DNA of 64,000 bases from Candidatus Zixiibacteriota bacterium (GTDB taxonomy: Bacteria > Zixibacteria > MSB-5A5 > GN15 > FEB-12): NCBI GenBank assembly GCA_024276275.1, contig JAJRXM010000039.1, forward strand, positions 5,271 to 69,270, in the 5' to 3' direction. Position 1 is the first letter of the stretch, and every line of letters starts with the position of its first letter. Position numbers and translations under genes: made by a program. The notes beneath the pieces were generated by a model. That model saw nothing but the letters and a program-made list of their open reading frames with translations. It was not told the DNA's origin and searched no databases. Below, one piece after another: positions 8,984 to 17,733 of this stretch.

Positions 8984-11713
8984 ATGAAACAATTAAAACG
9001 TTTGCTCTCTCTCACAATCTTCTTACTGCTGTTTTCATTTGTATCACAGACTTATGCTGATATATCTGATGCGGCATTATTGTATCTACGTATTGCTCCG
9101 GGTGCTCGTGCTGCCGGTATGGGAGAGGCGTATGTTGCTGTTGCTGATGATGCTACTTCAACCCATTGGAATCCTGCCGGATTAGGTGCCTCGCCATTAG
9201 CAACTAATTGGCAGAATAAAAATATCCCACAGTATTTACAACCGATTACCGAAATAGCTACGGTTAAAGCACGAGCCGGATCAGGACATAATCAATATGA
9301 TGTTTGGACTATCTCAGCTCAGGGACTGGTTAGGTTTGACAATCACAAGTGGTTTACCTATGAAACATTTTCAACAAGAACAGACCAAACCGTTTCAGGC
9401 ATCGTAAAAACGTATTTTAGCATAAAAGACGACCAAAAACTTGCTGAAGCTGTTGTTAAAGTTGCTGAAGCTAACTCCACTCGCTCGTTTGAAGAAGTCG
9501 AAAAGTTTGCCTCTGATGTTTTAAGTGCTGTTCCAGAAGATTACTCTGACATAGAAGGATTAGTTCTAGGACTTGATTCTCTGAAAGCCCTCTATTTAGA
9601 TTGTCGTATCAATTGGAGCCGTTATGTAGAAGCTGAAGAGATTTATAAAAACAGTATTAAAGATGAGTCATTAACTGAAAAAGAAATTGATAAGATCAAT
9701 TTTGCGGTAGAAAAATCTAGGACACGGTTTATTCCTGAAGAATTAAATATCAAATACTCTGATTTATTTACCGGGAAGTTGACTACGATTAAATCAATAG
9801 GGACTACTCTTTTAATTGGAACTGATAACGGGTTTTTTACTTTTAATGGAATAAATTGGAAAACATATACATTAGAAGACGGTTTACCTTCTTTGAATAT
9901 ACTTTCTATCTCATCTGTAGGGCCTACTGCATATATCGGTACAGATATGGGGCTTGTAAAATATAGTAATAAAAAACTATCCAAAGTGATTCTACCTGAA
10001 GATGTCCAAAACGGTGCAGTTACAGGAATCGGTGCTTCAAACAGTCTGGATATTTGGGTTGTTATCAACAACGAACTCTATAATTATGACGGTAAAAAGT
10101 GGTCTAACTCTACAACTTATACTGCTTTGCTTGATGATACCTATGAGACTATCGCAGAAAGAATATCTATTTTCAAAACGGATTCAAATATCAAAATAAT
10201 TGCGGATAGAATTAATTTACTTAATGTCATTAATCTAGCGGAAACAACAACTACTGTAGATACTGCTGCTGTTGATACTACTCTTGAACAAATATCTGAT
10301 TCTACTTTGGCAACTACTGTACAAACAACAGAAGAAACCGTAGCTGACAGTACCGAAAATCTTGTACCTTCTACAACTCACGTTCCCACTGAATTTACTA
10401 TTGAACCGGGTAAACCTGTCAAGGTTCCTTTTGCTATCGGTATTAAAGGTAAGATAAATAAAATATACACCAACGGTACTAATAATCTATGGATTGCTAC
10501 TGATATCGGTTTATATACATTTAAAAACGGTGAATGGAAAGCATCCGGTTATAAAACTATAACAGTTACTGAAGGTCAAACACTTGATGATATAGCAGGA
10601 GCGTATCCACACATGCTATTAGATAACGAAGGATATGTTTCTCTGTTAAAAGAAATCAACGGACTGGAAACATCTGACGGTCTTATAGCAGAACAATCTC
10701 TAAAAGTGTTTAGCAATCCGTTGGCATATAAAATCAATGATGTCAGTTCTAATGGTACCGGTTTATATGTGGCTACCGGACGTGGATTGTATGAATTACA
10801 TGGTACAACGTTGTCTAAAGTTGATATCGGCGGTATGGGCAACTCCAATATTTTAAATGTAAAAACTGAAGGTAACGAGATTTGGTTTGCCTCTGATAAA
10901 AAAATTGCTATAAAAGCAAGCGGTCGTTCTGATATCTCTTTGATGTTTGCTAAATGGCTTCCACAGCTTGCCGATGATATGTATTACGGTTTTCTCTCCG
11001 GTGCTACTAATATCAGCGGATGGGGTACTTTTGGCGGTAATATAACCTATATCAACTATGGTACGGTTCAAAGAAGAGGTCAGGGAAATACTGATGAAGG
11101 TGTGTTCTATCCTTTTGATATAGCTTTTACATTATCTTATGGCGGTTCAGTGCTTGATAAACTCAAAGGAGGGGTTTCGGCAAAATTTATATATTCTCAT
11201 TTGAGTTTGCAGGGTGCCGGAGCTGAAAAAGGTGCCGGAACTGCTACCGGAGTAGGTCTGGATTTTGGTATTCTATGGAATATAAGCAAACGATTTGATC
11301 TTGGGGCAGCTGTTACCAATATCGGTCCTGACATTTCTTATATCGATGCTGCTCAGTCCGACCCGTTACCAAGAAATCTTGCAATAGGAATTAAAACAAA
11401 TTTGTTGAGTTCTGAATATAGTCATGCTATCTTTACCGTCGAAGTAAATAAGTCATTGGTAGGAATCAATGACGGATTTAGTGAAGAACTTAAACAGTTA
11501 GTTATAAACGGTGGATTTGAATATGCATATTCAGATATTTTTGCTGCCCGTTTCGGATATATATGGGATGATGAGGGTGAAGTAAAAACTCCGACTCTCG
11601 GATTTGGTGTAACTCCGTTAAGTAATTTTAAATTTGATTTTGCTTATATTCCGAGCAATACTAATGCACCGTTAGCAAATACATTACGGATATCAATGCA
11701 GATAACCCCGTAA
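8984..11713 (+). CDS. porV: PorV/PorQ-family outer-membrane barrel with a roughly 580-aa internal insertion
   Basis: 909 aa. AGGAG at 8973-8977 precedes the start, and the protein has a signal peptide. The family-typical N-terminal strand motif is LRIAPGARAAGMGEAYVAVADDATSTHWNPAGLG. The barrel-like region resumes near nt 10930 (FGGNITYINYG...GVGLDFGILWN...LGAAVTNIGPDISY...LPRNLAIGIK). The segment between them carries repeated propeller-like motifs (LWIATDIGLYTFKNGEWK, LYVATGRGLYEL, IWVVINNELYNYDGKKW) and a Thr/Val-rich linker. Confidence 0.6.
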   Translation: MKQLKRLLSLTIFLLLFSFVSQTYADISDAALLYLRIAPGARAAGMGEAYVAVADDATSTHWNPAGLGASPLATNWQNKNIPQYLQPITEIATVKARAGSGHNQYDVWTISAQGLVRFDNHKWFTYETFSTRTDQTVSGIVKTYFSIKDDQKLAEAVVKVAEANSTRSFEEVEKFASDVLSAVPEDYSDIEGLVLGLDSLKALYLDCRINWSRYVEAEEIYKNSIKDESLTEKEIDKINFAVEKSRTRFIPEELNIKYSDLFTGKLTTIKSIGTTLLIGTDNGFFTFNGINWKTYTLEDGLPSLNILSISSVGPTAYIGTDMGLVKYSNKKLSKVILPEDVQNGAVTGIGASNSLDIWVVINNELYNYDGKKWSNSTTYTALLDDTYETIAERISIFKTDSNIKIIADRINLLNVINLAETTTTVDTAAVDTTLEQISDSTLATTVQTTEETVADSTENLVPSTTHVPTEFTIEPGKPVKVPFAIGIKGKINKIYTNGTNNLWIATDIGLYTFKNGEWKASGYKTITVTEGQTLDDIAGAYPHMLLDNEGYVSLLKEINGLETSDGLIAEQSLKVFSNPLAYKINDVSSNGTGLYVATGRGLYELHGTTLSKVDIGGMGNSNILNVKTEGNEIWFASDKKIAIKASGRSDISLMFAKWLPQLADDMYYGFLSGATNISGWGTFGGNITYINYGTVQRRGQGNTDEGVFYPFDIAFTLSYGGSVLDKLKGGVSAKFIYSHLSLQGAGAEKGAGTATGVGLDFGILWNISKRFDLGAAVTNIGPDISYIDAAQSDPLPRNLAIGIKTNLLSSEYSHAIFTVEVNKSLVGINDGFSEELKQLVINGGFEYAYSDIFAARFGYIWDDEGEVKTPTLGFGVTPLSNFKFDFAYIPSNTNAPLANTLRISMQITP

Positions 11714-11739
11714 ATTAATAAAGTCATAGGAGAGAACAA

Positions 11740-14700
11740 TTGCTGTCAGGAAGACTGCTTGTAAAAATAGTAATTACGATATCATTTCTCTATGCGACAG
11801 CACAAATAGCTGTCGCAAGAGAAAATTTATATTACGGTAAAAAAGTCCAATCTGAAACGGTTAAGGGAGAGAACAAAGTCGTTCGACCTTGTTTAGCTCC
11901 ACGTACCGGCGGATTGATGGAAAAATATCTTGAGAGAGACAAACCGTGGTCGCTTCCCAAGCAGGCACTTGCTGCAGATTTTTTAGATACAGTTAAAGTT
12001 TTGGTTCTCAGATTTAATTTTCAAACTGAATCACCGGATGATCCAAATACAACCGGACTCGGTCGGATGAACCTGACACCCTTTGATGAAGCAGCCTTAC
12101 TGGAATCAGTCGGACATACCGTTGACCCGCCACCACATAATGCTGATTATTTTTCAGCACACCTGAGAGCTTTGGCAAATTATTATGAAGTAGTCTCAGA
12201 AGGAAAGATTACTCTTTCCTGGGATGTCTATCCTCCTCAATTAGACTCAGCCTATCAGTTACCTGAACAGATGAACTACTATGGCAAATGTGATTTTGCC
12301 GATGTTGTCGGCGGGCTTGAAAACTATTTTCGCGACGGTATCCGTGTTGCTGACACCACCACCCCCGAAATCAATTTTTCACAATACGAATCAATTTTTA
12401 TGTTTCATGCAGGCTCTGACAGGCAAAACGATATAGGTTTTCCGGAAACATGCAACGATTTGTTTACAGGTTTTATTAAATATGCCAATGAAGATACTGT
12501 TTTTGTCGATAACGGTTCAGTATTTATTACAAATGCATTAATGATGCCGGAGCAGGCTTCGCAAGATAACCGAGCAACAGCACTTAATGCTGTCTTAGCA
12601 CACGAGTTCGGACACCAACTCGGGTTAGTCGATTTATACAGTACTGCAACTTTTATTAGTCAACTTGGTGATTTTGCCTTGATGGATAACAACGGATTTG
12701 GTACTGGTATAGATTTTGGTTTTGTTGTCGGGCGTACATTCGGTGCAATTCCACTTTTCCCGACAGCATGGTCACGAGCTCATCTTGGATTTGTTGATGT
12801 AGTTGATTTTAGACAAGGTTCTGATATTCAACTGGTCGCAGCTGAAGTTGTTTCCTCGGGAATTAAAGTAGCCAGAATACCTATCTCTGATAAAGAGTAT
12901 TATCTTTTGGAAAATAGAAATGTAGAAGTAGACGGATACGTAACCGGAGTTCAGGCAGATTCATTAACAGGTGTATTTATGGGACCTGCGTATTGTATTG
13001 TTTGTGATACAAATCAAAACGGTAATATAACAGATATAACTTTATCACCGGAATATGATGCTCTTATGCCCGGGTCGGGACTACTTATTTATCATATTGA
13101 TGAAAGAGTTGCAGGGTTGGATTATAACTTTGACGGTGAATCAAACTTTGATGACAACCAACTGCAATGGGCTCGCGATTTAAACGGTACTTCGGTAGAC
13201 AGGTTTATAAGTTTAGTAGAAGGTGACGGTTTTGTGAATTTCGGAGGTTTCTATCGTTCGGGATTTGGACGTGCTGAAGATATGTACCGTGATGACCGCA
13301 ATACAGCATTTACACCTAATACAAATCCTCAAACAATTGACAATACCGGAAATAACACTCGCATAGCAATTGATAATATAACCCGAGTATTAGATACGAC
13401 ACTCATTAAACCTAAACTGATGGATTCGGTAATACAGTTTGATGTAACTACCGAAGATTTGGTCCAAGGTTTTCCGGTACGGGCAGGTGCACCACGTTTT
13501 CATATTTCACCTATCGCAGATGATTTAAACGGTGATGGAGTACCTGAGCTGATTTACGTCTCAGGTGATTTACTCTCGGTCGTTACAACAGACGGACAAG
13601 ACTTTTTAGAACAAATAGACCCTTGCGGTTGTCCTCCATATCAAGACTCATCGTTTGCATCTATTCATCCGGGTCGACTTAATACAATCCCACTCTTTAT
13701 AAAATTACCGGCCGATGCCTATACAATGCCTGTTACCGGAAGATTTTCCGATGATGCCGACCCGAACAAATTGGTTGCTATCGGCGAACAAGGACGTATA
13801 GATATCTTTCGTGTGGCAGATATAAATGATGACGGTCAGGCTGACCCAGCAAATTCTTTTTCAACCGGAATACTCGGCAACCCGATTGCATTAACATTTG
13901 GCGATACTTTGTTTGCACTTACCGATTCAGGGTATGTTCTACGAAAAACATTGTTAAATTCTGCCTATGATACTCTTATGCAATTTGCAAATGATGAGTA
14001 TCAAGGTATCTGTAGAGTTGATAACGTTCTTGCGGTTCTTGCCGGAGATTCAATTGAAACAATGGCTTATTTTGTCGATGGTAATATTATAGACTCTATT
14101 GCACTGGGAGAACATTATACTCTCGGACCGATTTATGTTGACTTGGATCTTGACGGCTCTAAAGAGCTGGTTGCTGCTACCCTAGACGGAAAAATAATTT
14201 TAGTCTCTATAAACTCTATACTTGAGACTAATAATATCTCAATAAAAGACCAAAAAGATTTAGGTTTTACTTTTATGGTAAACCCGATAGCATCCGATGT
14301 TGACTTAGACGGTTATCCCGATATTGTCATAGGTGGCACGAACTCTATATATGCTTTCAATTACGAACTTACTCTTAAAACATCGTTTCCAATCGAAATA
14401 AATAAAAAATTCCCGAACGACCATCCTATCAACGCTTTGATTGCAGCAGATATAGAAACAGGCGGAAAACCGGAACTCATTGTGCCGACAGAGATAGGGA
14501 ACCTTTATTCATTCGGTGATAAACTAACGCAAGATTTTCCGCTTTCAGGTGGAGAACAGGTAATTGGCTCTCCGGTTTTTCTAAATGATGATACCGGAGG
14601 AAAACTTGGGTATATAGGTGCCGACGGATGGTTTTATCTTTGGCATGTTGATACCGACTCTGTTACAAATTTCTGGCCGATGGCAGGGAATAATCCATCG

Positions 14701-15039
14701 GGAAATCTGAATTTTGAATCTACAAAGTTACCTTCTGCCAAAACATACGCTGACAATCTTCCGGAAAATTCTTTTTATAATTACCCAAATCCTGTTATAA
14801 ACGGTACAACAACGATACGATATTTCTTAGGTGAAAATGCGAGTTCGGTTGAATTGGCAATTTTTGATTTAAGTGGTCAGGAAATTGAACGGTTCAATGG
14901 TCCGACAACCGGGTTGGTCGATAATGAGGTTCTCTGGAATTGTTCCGATATTACATCGGGAATATATAGGTGTGTGATTTCGGTGGAGTTTCCTAGCGGA
15001 ACAGAAAGATCATTTACTGATATTTCGATTATAAAATAA
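11740..15039 (+). CDS. secreted M6 (immune inhibitor A-like) zinc metalloprotease with FG-GAP/VCBS-like repeats and a T9SS C-terminal sorting domain
   Basis: 1099 aa with a TTG start 6 nt after GGAGAG. It has the HEFGHQLGLVDLY zinc motif (HEFGH codons 12601-12615), repeated DLNGDG / DLDLDGSKE / DVDLDGYPD calcium-type repeats, and the C-terminus NYPNPVINGTTTIRYFL...LAIFDLSGQEI...GIYRCVI. Confidence 0.75.
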   Translation: MLSGRLLVKIVITISFLYATAQIAVARENLYYGKKVQSETVKGENKVVRPCLAPRTGGLMEKYLERDKPWSLPKQALAADFLDTVKVLVLRFNFQTESPDDPNTTGLGRMNLTPFDEAALLESVGHTVDPPPHNADYFSAHLRALANYYEVVSEGKITLSWDVYPPQLDSAYQLPEQMNYYGKCDFADVVGGLENYFRDGIRVADTTTPEINFSQYESIFMFHAGSDRQNDIGFPETCNDLFTGFIKYANEDTVFVDNGSVFITNALMMPEQASQDNRATALNAVLAHEFGHQLGLVDLYSTATFISQLGDFALMDNNGFGTGIDFGFVVGRTFGAIPLFPTAWSRAHLGFVDVVDFRQGSDIQLVAAEVVSSGIKVARIPISDKEYYLLENRNVEVDGYVTGVQADSLTGVFMGPAYCIVCDTNQNGNITDITLSPEYDALMPGSGLLIYHIDERVAGLDYNFDGESNFDDNQLQWARDLNGTSVDRFISLVEGDGFVNFGGFYRSGFGRAEDMYRDDRNTAFTPNTNPQTIDNTGNNTRIAIDNITRVLDTTLIKPKLMDSVIQFDVTTEDLVQGFPVRAGAPRFHISPIADDLNGDGVPELIYVSGDLLSVVTTDGQDFLEQIDPCGCPPYQDSSFASIHPGRLNTIPLFIKLPADAYTMPVTGRFSDDADPNKLVAIGEQGRIDIFRVADINDDGQADPANSFSTGILGNPIALTFGDTLFALTDSGYVLRKTLLNSAYDTLMQFANDEYQGICRVDNVLAVLAGDSIETMAYFVDGNIIDSIALGEHYTLGPIYVDLDLDGSKELVAATLDGKIILVSINSILETNNISIKDQKDLGFTFMVNPIASDVDLDGYPDIVIGGTNSIYAFNYELTLKTSFPIEINKKFPNDHPINALIAADIETGGKPELIVPTEIGNLYSFGDKLTQDFPLSGGEQVIGSPVFLNDDTGGKLGYIGADGWFYLWHVDTDSVTNFWPMAGNNPSGNLNFESTKLPSAKTYADNLPENSFYNYPNPVINGTTTIRYFLGENASSVELAIFDLSGQEIERFNGPTTGLVDNEVLWNCSDITSGIYRCVISVEFPSGTERSFTDISIIK

Positions 15040-15050
15040 GGATTCGATAG

Positions 15051-15965
15051 ATGAAAAAATATATACTGAGTGCTTTACTTCTGATATGTCCCCTAACGGC
15101 AGATGCATCTGAGTTTTTACAACAATCAGAATTTGACGTAGCTCAATCAAAAATCAAGTACTCACTTTTAAACAGTGATATTGCAAGTCAAAAGTTTCAA
15201 GATTCTGAATCCGGTGAAATTACTTATAAAAACGGTAAATCCGATAGCAAAACTAATTCTTATAAATCTCCCGGGAAAGCGTTTGCTATGTCACTTTTAA
15301 TCCCCGGTATGGGACAGCTTTATGTCGGAGACTCCAAATTAAAATCTCTTGCATTTTTCGGTACAGAAGTAACAAGTTGGATACTTTTCTTTAAGTGGGG
15401 AAAAGATGCTGATGATTTAACTGCTGCGTATGAAAAGTTTAACAACGATCATTGGATAGAATCTCGTTATATTGATATGCTCCAATGGACTTATGGTTTG
15501 GAAAATGATGATAATACCAGTGGATTGTATCCTGAATTAAGTCACCATTTGCCTAAAACAAAAGTACAACAATACTATGAAATGACCGGTAAATATGACC
15601 AGTTTTCATGGGGATGGGATGATGCTATGCTGCTTTCAGATAGTACGGTTTATGGCGATTACAGTCTGAACAATCCATTTCCTGTTTTAAATAGCCAGGA
15701 AAATATCCCTTTTTCTGCCAGAAGAAATGCCTATGAAATTATGCGTGATGATGCCAACAATAAATACAGTCAGGCACGAAAAATGGTTTATGTTTCAATG
15801 ATAAATAGAATGTTTGCGGCATTTGAAGCATTGATTGCCGCCAAAAGAAATAATAGAAATAGTGACGGTGGTTCTATCTTATCATCGTTATCAGCCGAGG
15901 CATCGTTTAAAAGTTCCTATGTCAAACGTGACACGCCGTATATAACATTGAGCATGAAGTTTTAA
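15051..15965 (+). CDS. hypothetical envelope protein, DUF5683-like (paralog 1)
   Basis: 304 aa with a signal peptide. It carries the motif SLLIPGMGQLYVGDSKLKSL, a C-terminal helix INRMFAAFEALIAAKR, and ends in ...LSMKF (terminal Phe). Confidence 0.45.
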   Translation: MKKYILSALLLICPLTADASEFLQQSEFDVAQSKIKYSLLNSDIASQKFQDSESGEITYKNGKSDSKTNSYKSPGKAFAMSLLIPGMGQLYVGDSKLKSLAFFGTEVTSWILFFKWGKDADDLTAAYEKFNNDHWIESRYIDMLQWTYGLENDDNTSGLYPELSHHLPKTKVQQYYEMTGKYDQFSWGWDDAMLLSDSTVYGDYSLNNPFPVLNSQENIPFSARRNAYEIMRDDANNKYSQARKMVYVSMINRMFAAFEALIAAKRNNRNSDGGSILSSLSAEASFKSSYVKRDTPYITLSMKF

Positions 15966-15975
15966 GAGAGAAAAT

Positions 15976-16767
15976 ATGAGTAGACTATATAACATATCTG
16001 TTTTTATTATTATATCAGCACTAACTGTTCAAGTAAGTTATAGCATAGAACTAAGTCAGACACCAATACAAAATCAGTTAAAGAATTCAATTTTACTTGC
16101 TGCTGATAGTTGGAATCTTGACGGGAAAAAAGATGCTGATAATAATTATATTGTAACCTCTCAAGGTATAAAACAAAAAAAATCAGCATTCAAAGCAGCT
16201 CTTTATTCAGCTCTGCTTCCGGGTCTGGGTGAACACTATGTCGGCAATAGAACCAAAGCAAAAGTTTTCTTTACGACCGAGGCTCTTACGTGGATGAGTT
16301 ATATTGCTTTCCGGACCTATGGAGATTGGAAAAAAGATGATATGGTTCGTTATGCTGCCGGTAAAGCGGGAGCAACTTTAGACGGAAAAAATGATGAGTA
16401 TTTTGACTGGGTCGGGTTTTATAATTCGACTGAAGACTTTAATTCTCTTGGTCGGGTTTCTGACCCTTCAAGAGCTTATCTAACAGGTTCAGATAACTAT
16501 TGGCAATGGGAATCTGATAACGACCGTGAAAATTTTAGAAGTTTAAAAAACAGCAGCCGTACGGCATACAATAGAGCAGGATTTATGGTTGTGGCTGCTA
16601 TAGGAAATAGAATTATTTCAATTATCGATGCAATACGTGATGCCAAACGAGCTAATAGTCATGAAAAGATAGATATCTCAGAAAAAAAATCTTATAACTA
16701 TAAATTTGCGGTTGACCCTTTAAGTTATAACAGGCAATTCTCAATAACGGTCTATACACCGTTTTAA
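15976..16767 (+). CDS. hypothetical envelope protein, DUF5683-like (paralog 2)
   Basis: 263 aa. It carries the motif SALLPGLGEHYVGNRTKAKV, a C-terminal helix GNRIISIIDAIRDAKR, and ends in ...VYTPF. The architecture matches the upstream gene. Confidence 0.45.
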   Translation: MSRLYNISVFIIISALTVQVSYSIELSQTPIQNQLKNSILLAADSWNLDGKKDADNNYIVTSQGIKQKKSAFKAALYSALLPGLGEHYVGNRTKAKVFFTTEALTWMSYIAFRTYGDWKKDDMVRYAAGKAGATLDGKNDEYFDWVGFYNSTEDFNSLGRVSDPSRAYLTGSDNYWQWESDNDRENFRSLKNSSRTAYNRAGFMVVAAIGNRIISIIDAIRDAKRANSHEKIDISEKKSYNYKFAVDPLSYNRQFSITVYTPF

Positions 16768-17723
16768 TGGAAGCCAAGATGCGTATTCTTTTGATGCTGA
16801 TACTTTTGGTATCTATCAGCTGTTCTACAGTTGAAAAAAATGTCATACGTCAGGAAGTATCTCAATCTATAAAAGTTGATCTTGTTTTTGAAAAAGAAAT
16901 AAAAGGGGTTGTTTTTGGTCTCCCGTTGAGTAAGCCGTTTGGGCTTGCGGTTGATTTTAAGGGTGATGTTTATGTTGCCGATGCGGGGAATAACCGAATA
17001 CTGAAGTTTGATTCAACAATGAATCCGTTAAAACTGTTCGGTGGATTCGGTTCGGATCAGGGACTTTTTAATTTCCCGACATATATCAGTTTTGATAACG
17101 GTCTAAATCTGATGGTTTCCGATGAAAAAAATCAGCGTATAGCAAGATTTAATTCACAATTACAATACGTAGACCAAATTCTGTTTTCAGACATTGATGA
17201 CCCGCTAAAATTCGGATACCCCTCAGGAATTACATTTACAAATTATGGAGAAATTTGGGTTGCCGACAGAGATAACAACCAAATCGCAATTTTTAATAAT
17301 ATAGGCAAGTATTCACACTCACTCGGACAGTTTGGATATGCCGGGGGACAGTTGTCCTCACCTGAAAAAATAATCAGAGATATGAACGGTGATTTCTTGG
17401 TATGCGATGCCGGCAACAAACGAATTGTACGGTATGATGAATATGCAAATTATCTCAATGAGTTTTCGCTAGACTTGTTTGAATATCCGAGTGCGGTTGC
17501 TTTACAACAAGATAAACTATTAGTATTAGACTCTGACATCGGTTCTATTTTTATTTTCAAAAAAAGCGGTCAGTTTATAGGCGAAATAAGTTCAAAGTTA
17601 CTGGGTGATAAAACAAATTTGTTAAATCCGACTGATTTACTTTTTATCTCAAACGATAGAATAATAATATCTGATACCGGCAATGACAGGTTAGTTATCG
17701 GCAAGCTCATTATAGAAGAATAA
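16767..17723 (+). CDS. NHL-repeat beta-propeller lipoprotein
   Basis: 318 aa with a lipobox-like VSISC. It has five or six NHL-type repeats (VYVADAGNNRILKFD, MVSDEKNQRIARFN, IWVADRDNNQIAIFN, LVCDAGNKRIVRYD, IISDTGNDRLVI). The start overlaps the upstream stop (TAATG). Confidence 0.75.
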   Translation: MEAKMRILLMLILLVSISCSTVEKNVIRQEVSQSIKVDLVFEKEIKGVVFGLPLSKPFGLAVDFKGDVYVADAGNNRILKFDSTMNPLKLFGGFGSDQGLFNFPTYISFDNGLNLMVSDEKNQRIARFNSQLQYVDQILFSDIDDPLKFGYPSGITFTNYGEIWVADRDNNQIAIFNNIGKYSHSLGQFGYAGGQLSSPEKIIRDMNGDFLVCDAGNKRIVRYDEYANYLNEFSLDLFEYPSAVALQQDKLLVLDSDIGSIFIFKKSGQFIGEISSKLLGDKTNLLNPTDLLFISNDRIIISDTGNDRLVIGKLIIEE

Positions 17724-17733
17724 CGGGTTCGTT

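Noticed and set aside
9643-10071. A 142-aa minus-strand ORF inside the PorV-like gene. Similar antisense ORFs occur at 30926-31264, 44880-45203, 52797-53147 and 58092-58418.
   Set aside because: All lie fully within well-supported + strand genes and have no motifs or RBS. They are typical antisense shadows.
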